Below, one piece after another: positions 33,208-54,542 of a DNA stretch of 64,000 bases. How positions within the stretch are numbered: the first letter of the stretch is position 1; each line of letters opens with the position of its first letter. This stretch comes from the human T2T-CHM13v2.0 reference genome, Homo sapiens, in the NCBI RefSeq assembly GCF_009914755.1, contig NC_060930.1; one strand, 5' to 3'. Position numbers and translations under genes: made by a program. The notes below the pieces were generated by a model. The model ran no database searches and had not been told where the DNA came from. It saw only the letters and a program-made list of their open reading frames with translations.

Positions 33208-33729
33208 ATGAATCTCTAAGGTGGTTTTTTTTCAAAGAATCTTACCGCTTATGATAAAATACATGGTGTTCACCTTTTTCTTGTAGTTGTAGACTGTCAA
33301 AATTGGAATAGAACTTAGAGTTGTTACCCTTTCCACAGTAGTCCCTGAAGTTAAACAAGCCCAGTGATGGGGAATTCGCTGCTTTCCAACGCAGCCCAGT
33401 TCCTCTTTATAGCACACTGATTTTTATTAGTCTTTCCATTACTGGGCTTTTGTTAGTCTTCTCTGTATCTACTCTGATTAATTAGTTGGGACTATACAAA
33501 AAAAAAGGGTTTATCCTCCTAATCTTCTCCCCACACACAAAGTAGAAAACTTTTTCAAGATTAAGTAGATAGTTTAAAATATACTTACTAGCATAACCCA
33601 AAGTAGTATAATGTCCCATGAGTCTAAAAATAACAAAAGTGTATGTGTGTGTCGCTGTGTGTGTAAAACCAAGTTATTTGGGTGATTTTTACTGGACTTT
33701 ATTTTTTAATATTAATAGTAGTATTGAAT

Positions 33730-34800
33730 GGTTCAAAAATGAAAAAGAATTAAAAGGCCATATAGTGAGAAGTCTTCTCCTTATTTCTGTCACTCATCCA
33801 TGTAATTCTTCCTATCTCCCCTTTAAACTGGGAGGCACCATTACTAGTTTCTTGTGTGTCCTCACAGAGACTTTTTATACAAACAGATACAAACGTATAT
33901 TATGCTTCCCTTCTTAAATAACAGTAAGCATACCATGCACACTTTTTTAAGAAGAAGTGATTTACAGATACATAATATTCCATGATACAAATATACCATA
34001 AGAGATATAGCCAATCCACTATTAGTAGACACACATGTCATGTTCTATTTCTGCTGTTACAAAATGTGCAACAATAACTAACATCGTGTAGACATTTTGC
34101 ATATGCCCAGTGATATCTATAGACTAAGCTCTTTAAAGTGAGTTGTTGCATCAAAAAAGACATGCATTTCAAATTTTGATTGGTATTGCCAAATTGCCCT
34201 CCATAAATGTTGTATCAATTTATATTTCACCAACAATATAAAGGAAGGCCTTGTCAACGCAGTGTTTTATCAAATATCTGGATTTTTGCCTATCTGATGT
34301 GTGAAAATGGCATTTAAGTATAAATTCGTGTGTCTCTTATTATGAATGATGTAGAACATTTCCTTTAAAATATTTAACAGCAATTTGCATTTCCTTTTCT
34401 GTGAATTCTAGACAGAGCATTGTCCCACCTTTCTTCTGAGTGCTTGTTTACTTTACTTTTCTTATTGATTCATAGAAATCGATATGTTAAGGAGGTTATT
34501 CTATTATCTGTGACATGAGTTGCAGATATTTTTTCCAGCTTGTCATTTGTCTCCCGACTTATCTGATAGTAGCTTTATACAAACATTTTCATGTGGTTGA
34601 ATCTATCATTTTAAAATAATTTTAAGAGATTTTTGCCCTATTTTGAAGTATTTAAATGATTTTCTATGTTCTTTTCTAGTCTTATTATTATTTACTCTTT
34701 TTTTTTTTATCACCTTTGAGCTTTTTAAAGAAGTGTGAGGTATGGTACAAACGTATTTTCTTCCAGAGAGCTAACTCTGTTGTCCTAAACAGTTAGTGAT
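33730..34800 (-). mobile_element. Old L1M (ME-like) fragment
   Basis: 'ttgccaaattgccctccataaatgttgtatcaattta' antisense L1 motif. Confidence 0.65.
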
Positions 34801-34817
34801 TATTATATCTCTTCTGT

Positions 34818-35277
34818 TAAGGGAAGAGGCCACCCCTCATATTGTCTTATGCCCAATTTCTGCCTCCAAAGAAAAAAGAAGTAAAAACTAAAAGGCAGAA
34901 ATGAAATCCACAGGGAGACAGCCTGGCGCCGTGCCCTGAGCCTGGTTAAAGATTGACCCCTGACCTAACCGGTTATGTTATCTATAGATTCCAGACATTG
35001 TAAGGAAAAGCATTGTGAAAATCCCTGTCCCGTTCTGTTCCGTTCTGATTACCGGTGCATGCAGCCCCCGGTCACGTACCCCCTGCTTGCTCAATCGATT
35101 ACGACCCTCTCACGCAGACCCCCTTAGAGTTGTAAGCCCTTAAGAGGGACAGGAATTGCTCACTCGGGGAGCTCGGTTTTTGGAGACGTGAGTGTTGCCG
35201 AAGCTCCCGGCCAAATAAAGCCCTTCCTTGTTTAACTCGGTGTCTGAGGGGTTTTGTCTGCAGCTTGTCCTGCTACA
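34818..35277 (+). mobile_element. LTR2 (HERV-E/Harlequin group) solo LTR
   Basis: Start 'taagggaagaggccacccctcatattgtcttatgcccaatttctgcctcc'; end 'gtcctgctaca'; AATAAA; perfect TSD CTGT at 34814-34817 and 35278-35281. Confidence 0.85.
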
Positions 35278-35310
35278 CTGTGAACTTTATTTAAACTATT
35301 ATAACATAGA

Positions 35311-35534
35311 ACAAGGGCAGATAAACTATGTTATGAGGGACAAATTTGACCCACAGCTTGTGTTTATACACAAAGTGTTACTGGAACATAGCTTTGCCCA
35401 TTTGGTTATGTCTTGTTAGGGCTGCTTTTGCACTACATGGGGCAGAGTTGAGTAGTTGCAAGAGACAGTTTGGCCTGCAAATCCTGAAATATTTAACTTT
35501 CTGGCTCTTTACAGGAAAAGTTTGCTAACTCCTA
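35311..35534. mobile_element. MER58A-like hAT-Charlie element
   Basis: 'ggcagagttgagtagttgcaa...gaaatatttaactttctggctctttacaggaaaagtttgct'. Confidence 0.75.
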
Positions 35535-37132
35535 ATACAGAAGAAGAACAAGGAGAAGAGGAGGAGGAAAAAGAGAAGGAAAAAGAGAAAGAAAAAGAAT
35601 GGAGGAGAAGAAGGAAGAAAGAAAAAGGAAGGAGGAATAGCTCAGGGAGGAAGAGAAAGAAGGGAAAAGGAGAAGACATTCTGAAAATAAATTGGATTCT
35701 CTTGGCATAAATGTGTGGAGAAAAAAAATATTCCTTAGGAGAAAAAAAATGAACTGAGATGGTGGGTTTATTTTCCTCTTTTAATAGTCTTCTCCCTTGG
35801 TAGGGCCTGAGGTGATTTGTTTTGGTTTTATATTATACCGTGATCCACTTCATACAACCCACAAATCTCTCATCATTTTCTCTGCCAGGCTAGGCCAGAA
35901 GTCTCTACAGAGGTTCCAAGTCTCATGCTTGTTCATGTATTTAATGAGGTGTAGGATGGCCTCAGGGGACCCCTTGGAATGTGGGAAACTGGAGTTCCTT
36001 TTTTAAAAACACATCCCTTTAGGGGTACTACCACCTTTCAAATCTCCTTCTGTCTTTTAGGACTGACAAGAAACCCTTCTAAACTGGCTTTTTAAAATTA
36101 CTTTTTAAATATGTTGTAACAAGACCGCCAAAACTTTTTTCCCAGAAAGTATAGTGTTTCTTCCTTCTACATATCCAACAAAGGATTTCCCTTTCCAGTG
36201 TCACAGTGGGTTACACGAGCATTTTAATGATCCAGCTGTTTTCCCTTTTCTTGTACACTGCAGTTTTCCACAAGTTACTGAATAATCTCATTAAGCCCTT
36301 CCAGTCAGCTTGAGCATGCTTCACCTTTCTTTGAGGCAGCTGAAAAGTACCCATTATTAAAAGGCAAAAATTATTCTAACTGCATGAAGGAAAAGACCGC
36401 AAAAGGAAGTGCAGGATAAAGTTATTTTTATATCATAGCCACGCTACAGTGAAAAACTCTAAAATACCTCCCAAATATTTAATTTACTTTTTATTATCAT
36501 TATTTCAGAGTTATGTCCAGTTCTAAACTCCAAAATTCAGGAGGAAGCATATGGAGAACTTAAAGTGTCCATACATTACTAAAATACTAGCAGTAAACAT
36601 CGTATATGAAGAACACATATTTTTCAAAACACCTTTACATACACTATTCTATTTGATTCTCAGGACAATCAAATGCATATGACTATATCCAGACTATATC
36701 CAAATGGATATGACTATATCCAGACTATATCCATTTCACAGAGAAAGAAACTGAGTCACAGATAATTTATTTCATTTTATTTAAATTTATTTATTCATTT
36801 TTATATAGTTGACGAATTCACATTATTCAAAATTCCAAAAGTACATAAAGGTGTATGCTGAAAAAAACTCCCCTCCACTTCTCACCTCTATCCACCCAAT
36901 TTCCCTTCCTAGAAGAAACTTCTATTTCTTATTTCTAATATATATCCTCCTGGAGATATTGTACGCTTAGTACAGATGGCTATACATGATTTTTCTTCTT
37001 TTTATGTAATATCTTAATATAGTCCTTGTTCTGAACCCAGCTTTTTTAAACGTAATATATCCTGGAGATCTTTCATATGAGTATATAGTGAATTTCCACT
37101 TTTTTATGGCTCCTTAATATTTGATTGCATAA

Positions 37133-37452
<320 letters not shown>

Positions 37453-38063
37453 TGTTGGATCATTTCTGTGTTGGAGTTGTAGGGTCAAAAAAATATGTGC
37501 ATTTAAAATTTTGAGAAGTATTGTGAAATTTTCTCCATTTTCTCCAAGATTAGACAGAGATCTTAGGTGACATAGCCAAGACTGAATAGCTAATTTTTAA
37601 TGGATATAAAGTCACAACAAATGTTTTCTAACCAGTAAAATAGGGGATGTGAAGAATGGCATAATTGCATATTTTCAGGGCCACTAACCCTTTGTGAAAT
37701 AGATTTAATTGAGGCATCTGCAAGAGAAGAGAGGAGTTACCTCTCTTGCTGATTCCATTGTTCTTCTTTGCCTTCTGTATTTTGTTCCCTGAACCCTAGA
37801 GCCAAGTGATGAATTAACTTCAGCAGGCCTAGATGAGTTTGCCTCCTGTCAGCCTGAGCCCCTCCTTCTCACAGACTACTGAGATGTGGGCTCCTCTGCC
37901 TGCACCAAAAAGTTGAAGTCTTAACGTCATCCACCTCAATAAAATAGAAGGCTAAGAAGAGAAGGGGAATGAACTGATGAAGACTTTCAAAGATATTAAA
38001 AAGGTCATCAACATTCTCTACTGGCAAGTTATACCTCTGTACAATGCTTGCCAAGCCTGATGA

Positions 38064-38084
38064 GCCGCTGTCCGTGGTGCTGAC
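38064..38084 (-). promoter_or_regulatory. RE1/NRSE (REST/NRSF binding motif)
   Basis: Minus strand GTCAGCACCACGGACAGCGGC vs consensus TTCAGCACCACGGACAGCGCC: 19/21, both half-sites and the 2-bp spacer intact. Confidence 0.85.
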
Positions 38085-38935
38085 AACAGGCCTATGGCCT
38101 GAGGCATGATTGCTTTTCCTATTCCTAGGGCATTAAGAATCTTATACAAACTCTCCTAGGCATTCTGAACCAGGTGAGAAAGGAGGAAACAAACGGAAAC
38201 AAGAGGGGCAAAGGGACAAGGGCTACTTAGAGAGGCAGAATATTTGTGAGGTTGGATAAAGAAGAGAGATTGGTCTAGGATTGGTATTGTTTACAAATCA
38301 TCATAGATACTAACAGATAAATCTGCCCCCTTCATGATGGGAAGAGGGTCATATGTACTTTGCTTTATGCTTTCCATTTGTTATATGCATATATCCCCTG
38401 AGGATTTAAAGAAAAATACGGTTATAAAAAGGACCATGGAAAGAGTTATGTGGAATTCCTTGAGTGGACAATTTTAGAAATAAGATGGATTGCCATCTGC
38501 CTGAGCCGGTTTAACTGTAATCCTGCCAAAGGCTGGAAATAGACTGGATAACCTCCTGAGACCCTCACAATATTTGAAGTTAGGACTTCAATGAAAACAT
38601 TCATCCTACTCTTGCTCTTTATCTCTGTTTGGGCTTCAGGGCAGACTGGATTTAAACTAAAGTAACATCACAGGCTATACTGATTATTTTGTCTTATCTA
38701 AAGTCAGTTGCCTTCAAGTGTTGTTTTAATACACACGAGAAGTTAATAACTTTTTCAACCTGTCACTTCTTTCCCTAGCAGCACAAGAAGATAATATAGA
38801 ATGTGAATTCAATAAATTCCATTTACTCCTCAGTGCTGCGCTGGAACCAAACAATCTTCCATTCACGTGATTAAGTTTGAAAAATATTTATATTTTGGTG
38901 TAAAAAAAGAAACATTTGGATTTATATAAAGTTTA

Positions 38936-39313
<378 letters not shown>

Positions 39314-39984
39314 TTAAAGGGTGGATTTTCAAATTGGAGAGAACATATAATATTGGAGATTAGGCCAGAGATTTCATAAGTTTTAGAATGTATCTTTCAA
39401 TATTTTAAATGGCTTCATTGGCAATGCAGTTGGCTTTTTAGGCCTGGCTGTCATTATAATTATTGCTGCTATAGGGATGCATAGGTTTCAAGTTGTCTGA
39501 GCTTGGGGTGCACTTATCTATGAGCAATCAAAGCAACATCCAGATGTCAGGTCACCAGACATGGTCCTCAGAGGCCCCTGTTAGTGTATCTGCCTTCACA
39601 TAGGGTGAGATCTACCCCCAGGTCATGGGGAAGGGAATCTATTCCCCCCAAGGGTTATCTAATTCTGCCTGGGCACTGACTCATAACCCATCTGATATTC
39701 TAAGCTTAAGGACTGTCTTCACATTCTATTAAATTTCTCTATTCCAGAGCTGGTTGACTTAGCTCCAGTGTAAATCCATTTGAGAAAAAGAAACATTTAA
39801 GGAAAATGGTATTGTCCTTTCTTACAGATCATTGGTTCTCAACATTTTTTTCCTTACACGCAGCTAACAGAATGACCATCTGTCATTACACTGCAGTGGT
39901 TCTCCGCCAAAGTCTGAGTGGGAAAGGCAGGAGGGCAAGTCCCTTTCTGCTCTACCCAGAGAGGCTTATCAAAATGGGGCAAGG

Positions 39985-40482
39985 GTGAACTCTATAAAGC
40001 TCCCCAATTTCCAATATGTCCTCCTGGCTTGATAGCTTCCATATGTCCTTTCTTCATCCTTTCTCTGCACCAGAAGGCTAACAAGCACCACCAGACTCCC
40101 TGTGCCTGCCCTTAGCTTCTAGTTGAATTCAGCCAATGAAAAGCACCAGCAAGAGATCAGAGGGAGTAGGTGGAAAGTTAAAGGTATTTATTTCCTTGGC
40201 TTTCTGTGGGGGTACCACAGGCTGGATTCATCTCTTGACTAAAAGTCACTACTCCTGTCCAAGAGCCTTCTCTGCTCAGTCTCGGTCTCCAAGTTCTCTT
40301 CTGGTGATGGGATCTTCTCTTTATCCCTTTCAAGCCTAGGAGAGTAGCAGTATCCCTTGTTACCAGCCCCGCAGAACTGCACAATTCCTTATGGTTTCCC
40401 TGCATCCTACATACATCTTTGTAAAGAGCCCCTTTATCAACTCGAATTACCTTCTCTTTTCTAAAAGGATCCTCACTAATAC
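39985..40482 (+). mobile_element. Old ERVL-type LTR (LTR16/LTR33-like)
   Basis: 3' end 'ccctttatcaactcgaattacc...cctcactaataca'. Confidence 0.4.
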
Positions 40483-41041
40483 AATCTCCACCTCCCATCC
40501 CCCCCAAAAAACAAAACTAAACAAAACAAAAAAAAACCTTACTCTGTAAAATCTAAATACTACAGTCTAGGTTTTTGTTGAAGAAAAATATATAAATTTT
40601 CTACATGAATGATATTTCTCTATCTTTCAGAAACCATGGTTAAATATGTGGCTCAATGTTTCTTGTATAATTAACTACATGATAATTTTTTAAATTAAAT
40701 ATTTTTAAAACTTAAAATATTTTATCCCAAGGAACTTATCTCTCTGTTTGCAAATAATGAGAATTCTATAGTTTATAACCTATAACCTATGCTGTCATAG
40801 CTTGACTACGAGGAAGCTTACAGAGAAATTTATACATAAGTCAGGGTAAAACATTAGCTTAGATTTCACTCTACTTATTTCTCCATCCTTCAATCTAGAA
40901 TCTAATGATCTATTTTCATTTTAATGGTCATGTTAAACATGTCTTTAATTGCAACTGCTTTGAAGTTAGAAAGTCCATATGTCACACATAAATGCTTGTT
41001 GTAGTTCTTAATGATTATTCATTGTGTTCCCAGTTATATTG

Positions 41042-42244
<1,203 letters not shown>

Positions 42245-42428
42245 ACACTTGAAAAAAGACTCAGCGATAAGGCTCTTCCTATAAGCAAACACTCTAGTCA
42301 AAAATTGAAGAAGTCTAAATTGAAATGAAATAGGCATGTCAGTCAAACATTTGTACCCACACTTCTGATTAATTGAAGTTTTTGTTTCTTCATTAACCAT
42401 CTATTTTTAATTTTTTAAAAGCACACTA

Positions 42429-46752
<4,324 letters not shown>

Positions 46753-47179
46753 AAACTATAAAAAATCAACTGACTTTTGGATATTCCATATAAACCCAGC
46801 AAACTGGCTGTATTTTCCTATCAGCTCCAATAAATGTCTGTTGATTCTTTTGAGTTTTCATTCTAGTCAATCATGTCATCTGTGAATTAGCTAAAACTGC
46901 TTTTTTTGTGGAGATTCCTTATTTTATTGTGCATGCTACCCTATTATCATAATTGTCATCACAAACAACAAATGTTTAGTGAGTGTTTACTTAGTAAAAA
47001 ACATTGTACTAGATAATATGGGGATCAAAAGGATGAAAAGGACATAGTCTTTGCCCTCTCAAAAGCATAATAATTGAGATATGGTTCATATACATGAAAA
47101 AAATCACTATTAAGCAAAAGGGAACAAGGTTGCAGTTACCTTTGCAGTGTGAGTCTTCACTTAAAAGAACTGCTTTTCA

Positions 47180-48905
<1,726 letters not shown>

Positions 48906-49451
48906 TCACAATGTCACACCTGTGACACAATGTCACACTACACAATGTCACACCTGTGAACCAGCAGGAGAGAGACCCAGAATTGGGGAGATGGAAGATA
49001 AAGTCAATCTCTGAAATAGAAAATAGTGGAATTCCTTTAAAATAACATCCTATACAGAAAGATCATTGGCCAATTATTTTGGTGGGACCGAACTAGCTCC
49101 CAAGTTGTTTCTTGAATTATAGGAAGTTATGTCTCAGGAAGACATGGACTGAAAAAGAGCTCAGACAAGATTAGAAGAGGGGACCCCTTGGCCACTCCCG
49201 TGCTTTCCTGAGCTTGCATTCTTAGTTCTATTTTCAACCACAGTTTCTTCGCAGCCACTATTCCATGGATCAGGTGGATGTTTTCGTTAAATGAGAAAGC
49301 ATAACCCCTAAATCCACTAAACTGGGCTCACATCAGCTATAAGTGGTCAAAATGCACTGAGGGGCTACAGGAGGGTGCCGCCCATCCCCCTGTGAGTTGA
49401 GGCCTCTCCAACAGCACACCTGACACAGGCACCATGGCCCTCAGTTGTGCC

Positions 49452-49538
49452 AGATAATATGAGGATCATATTACGTACTAGACAATATGAGGTTCATATT
49501 ATGTACTAGATAATATGAGGATCATATTACCTAGTACA
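49452..49538. repeat. 28-bp palindromic minisatellite, ~3 copies
   Basis: Unit AGATAATATGAGGATCATATTACGTACT starting at 49452, 49480 and 49508. Confidence 0.93.
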
Positions 49539-50245
49539 GCTCACAGGGGTGAGTGCCAGGAGTCAAAACAAACACTGAATATTAGCAAAGCAAATTAGCA
49601 AAGCAGAATATTAGCAAAGCAGAATTTATATTTTTAGATAAATATAAATAGATATTTTAATATCTTCTTACCGTGCTCCAAGGAAGTGTTGGGGGCCCCA
49701 TGCTCACACCCCACTTTGAAGAACTCTGGTGAAGAGTAGGAATGGAGGCAAACATTTCAAAAGCTTCACATAAATGTTTACATAATCCCATCAACTACTC
49801 CATGGGGTAGATCAGGACAGTCTCACTGAAAACAAAGGTTCATAGAGGGAAAGAAAATTGCCACAGTCCCATAATTAACCAGGGCACAGTTGAAATCCCA
49901 AATGTCCCTGCCTAACCCTGTATCCCGGGTCCCATCTCACAGGAGGTCCTTGCCAGGTGGGTTGGCCCAGGAAGACTTTGCCGGTGAGGAAGCCCCGAAC
50001 TGGGTAAATTGCAGGGCAGAGGGCAGGAGCAGACGGAAAGCAATAGGAAGGAGGAGCTGCCGGCTTGGGGAAATGAAGAGTTTGTGGAGATGAAGGGGAA
50101 GTCCGTGTTTGAGCTAGCTACCACTGAGCCTGTGGGAGGAAGTGCCCAGCACACAGCAAGAAACCAGCAGTCAGGTCAGGTATGCAGATATAGAAGTGGG
50201 AGTCTTCTGGGTGGAGTTAAAACCAAAGACATATAAGAGAAACAT

Positions 50246-50963
<718 letters not shown>

Positions 50964-52914
50964 CTAAATAGGTCATGCATCAACACATACATAACATAAC
51001 TGCAACAGAATTAGCCACAAAAAAATGCATAAACCTAATTATTTATTCAGGCACCCCACACAAATCTTATCATTGCTGAATTTTTATCACATGCCTAAAA
51101 AAATGAAATATTCAGTAGTGAAAGGTGAGCAGTAGCAAAATGATTACCTATAACAGCACTAAATTAAACAAAATTCTAATAAACAATAGCAGCAATTGAA
51201 ACCCTGAATGATTAGTCATTTTAGGAACACATGTCTTTGCAGATTGAAATTTTTCACAACAGAAGGAGAGCCTGTTTTTTTTTTCTCAACTAAGCAGCAA
51301 AACCCATGGAGTTCCTGCTTCTCCAGTGAGAGGGTGCTGACCTGGCAGCTGATCCAACAGATCTGAACTGAGGGAGCCATTTACCCACTGCAGAAGGATG
51401 TGTTGGCTTTCTCAGGTCATGTGACCACTCCTAACCAGAGACACCGGAAAAATTCAGTGTTTTAGAAGACATGGAGTTAGGGCTTTAAATTTGCAGAGAC
51501 TTTAAGGAGATTTTGGAGGGCCATCCTAGCGGACTCAGGGGATGTTCTGAATTTTTTGGAACTTACCTTTGTTTATTATCCCAACTCTCAGTTGAGGTCA
51601 GAGCAAATATGAATTGAAGTTACCCAGCTCTTTTCCTATTGTGATGCCTGAAATGCCACTATTTTAGAGTCTCCTTTTGGCTCTGGAGACTTGCTTGTTG
51701 AAACATTGCACCTTAATTACATATTACTGTTCATCTGAACTTAGTGAGAGGAAGATCTGGTGGAAAGAATTCTTATGGGACATCAACATTAGACAGCCAC
51801 CCAAAAGTGGTAAATGAAAGAGAGATAGCAAGATGAATCCTGAAGGGAAAGCTAAGAGGGCCTCATAGCAAACTTTCGTACTTACAGTTTTCCTTGAGTC
51901 TGGATAATCACTCTAGCTAATGGATTCACCTCTAGCTTATACCTATTCCAAACTATCACTTCTTAGTAGATCAGATAGACTCTTGGTAAAGACTCAAATG
52001 GGGAGAGGTGCCGGCAGAGCTGGAGAAGGCAGTAGTTCTTGCAGCAGAGCTGAAAATAATGCAGTCTCACTAAGCCAGGGAAGACCTCACAGACAGCCAA
52101 CAACACTTGTATCTGTGTTGGCTTCTGTGGCTTCCTTTTAAATCTAATAATGGATTAGTCCTTCCCCCTTCTGTCCCTCTTCCTGATTCTGAGCATCTGA
52201 TGAAGAAATGAACATGGCTAGAAACTGACTGGCCTTGTGCTAAATCTTAAGGTATCTAAGGGATCTTTGAGGGACAGAACCCACCTCCACCAATGGTGGC
52301 TTTTGAGAGGTTTGGTTCAGTTACCAGGTATTTAGGAGAATCTCACTAAAACCAGGAATTCTGTGTCATACAGTACACTGTTGTAAATGCTCTGTAATTT
52401 GTTGGAAGTTGTGTCAGCACTGAAAGTTAATTGCCAGATGTTTGGATAGTAAATACAGATACTGCTGAATAACACAAATACTTGCTTCCTTAAATATGTT
52501 TGATTTGGTGAAATGCATGTGCTGGTCTCTAAATAACCTAGAAAACTAGATGATGTATGGTAAAACTTGACAACCAATGAAAGGAGACATAATAAGTAAG
52601 TACTCTTGAAGAATCATAATCAAAATTCCTTTTGTTATCTAGTCAAACAAAAGAAGAAATCCTAGATTCCGGTTGCTACTTTCAAAGGTTTATTATGAAC
52701 TCACAGGAGGCCACTTGCTACTGTGGAAAGGACATCAGCTTGGTGTTAAATCAGATACCAAATCCCTGCTCTGTGACATACTGACTGTGTGACTTTGGGC
52801 AAGTTATTGAACTTCTCTGAACATCAGTTTTCATCTACAGAATGGGTTGTTGAGAAGACTGAATAGAAAATGTAATTGAGGTACCTGACAGTGACCTCAT
52901 CTAGTAGGTACTTG

Positions 52915-53260
52915 ATACAGACTGAATGTTGGTATCCACCTCCCAAATTCATATCTTGAAGCTCTAATCCCCAATGTAGTGGTATTTGGAAGTAAGGCCT
53001 TTGGAAGATAATTAAGTTATGAGGGTGGAGCCCACGTGAATGGAATTAGTGACCTTATAAGAAGGGATCTGAGATTTATGTTCTCTCTCTGTCAGGTGAG
53101 GACACAGCAAAAAGACAGCTGTCCGCACATCAGGCCAGGAACTGAATCTGTCCACACCTTAATCCTGAACTTCCTAGCCTCCAGAACTGAAAGAAATAAA
53201 TTTCTGTTGTTTAACACCCAGTCTATGATATGTTTGTTATAGCTGTCAGAACTGAGACAG
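52915..53260 (+). mobile_element. MLT1A-like LTR
   Basis: 'ctaatccccaatgtagtggtatttggaag...cttcctagcctccagaactgaaagaaataaatttctgttg'. Confidence 0.75.
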
Positions 53261-54233
53261 TACTGTATAATAATAGCGCAGTAGGACAATATTTTTTGAA
53301 GTCTTAACTGATATTTTTTTTCCAAGTATTCTCTTACCATTTGACTTTTGGTCCCAGTCAGTCATGCAGATCATTATGTAAGGAGTATGAGGGCAGAAGG
53401 CAGAGAAAAGAGGTAAAGCTCCTCAGCTTTTGAATTTCAAAGGCCGAGGCTTTGAAGGAAGGGAATGAACAGATAAGAGATTTGGGTGGTTATAGGATAA
53501 ATAAGGAAGAGTTATCCTCACCTCAGACCAAAAAGATTCCCTGAGGTAGGGGAAGGAGCCAACTTTGAATGCTGGAGTTCCGCAGGGCTGAGAAAAGAAA
53601 AGGGAGTGTAGAAAGTCTGTGTAAGGAGCAGTGAGGTCCCCTGGACACTCTCACTGCTTCCCATGCCAGGCTAGGCAACCTCTACTCCCGAACTCTGGCA
53701 AAAAGGGAAAGGTCTATTAATCTCTTCAGGGTTGGGACATAAAAGGTTTAAGCAGGGCAGGTACAGGTACGCAAAGGTATGGGTAAGGGACTATAGGGAA
53801 ATGAGGATTTAATGAAAGTTGGAGTTTCGAATGAGTCTTCCAACCCTCTTTCCCCTCTGGCAATCAAAATGTTGACAGCCAGACATATACTCCCAGGGAG
53901 AAAATGAGAGGGTACCTTTCTGTGGAAACTGACCAAGTCAAGAAAAACACCTACAGACACTGACATTTGCTCAAAAAAAAAAATGTTCGTTTGCTGGCTT
54001 CTCTCTCTACAGTGAATCCCACCAGTCAATCAGTTCTTTCCTCCCCTCTCTGACAAACACTTAGAACCTCTGATCAGCTTTTTGAGTACTTGTGTCTTGG
54101 CTGTCCAAGAATTATCAGACATTTGAGGAGAACCACTAACAGGAAGACAAAGAGCAAAACAAAGAAATAGAATTAAAGGATCTTAGAGAAAACAGATAAC
54201 ACAGGGCATATTTATTAATTTTAAAAAAGCATT

Positions 54234-54537
<304 letters not shown>

Positions 54538-54542
54538 TCAAA

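Noticed and set aside
35540-35675. E/K/R-rich ORF segment
   Set aside because: Purine-rich low-complexity sequence, not coding.
37805-37860. Possible C/D-box snoRNA (GTGATGA...CTGA)
   Set aside because: Too short, no terminal stem, and no recognisable rRNA or snRNA guide.
49452-49538. CRISPR-like palindromic repeats
   Set aside because: Units abut with no spacers, there are no cas genes and the context is primate; it is a minisatellite.
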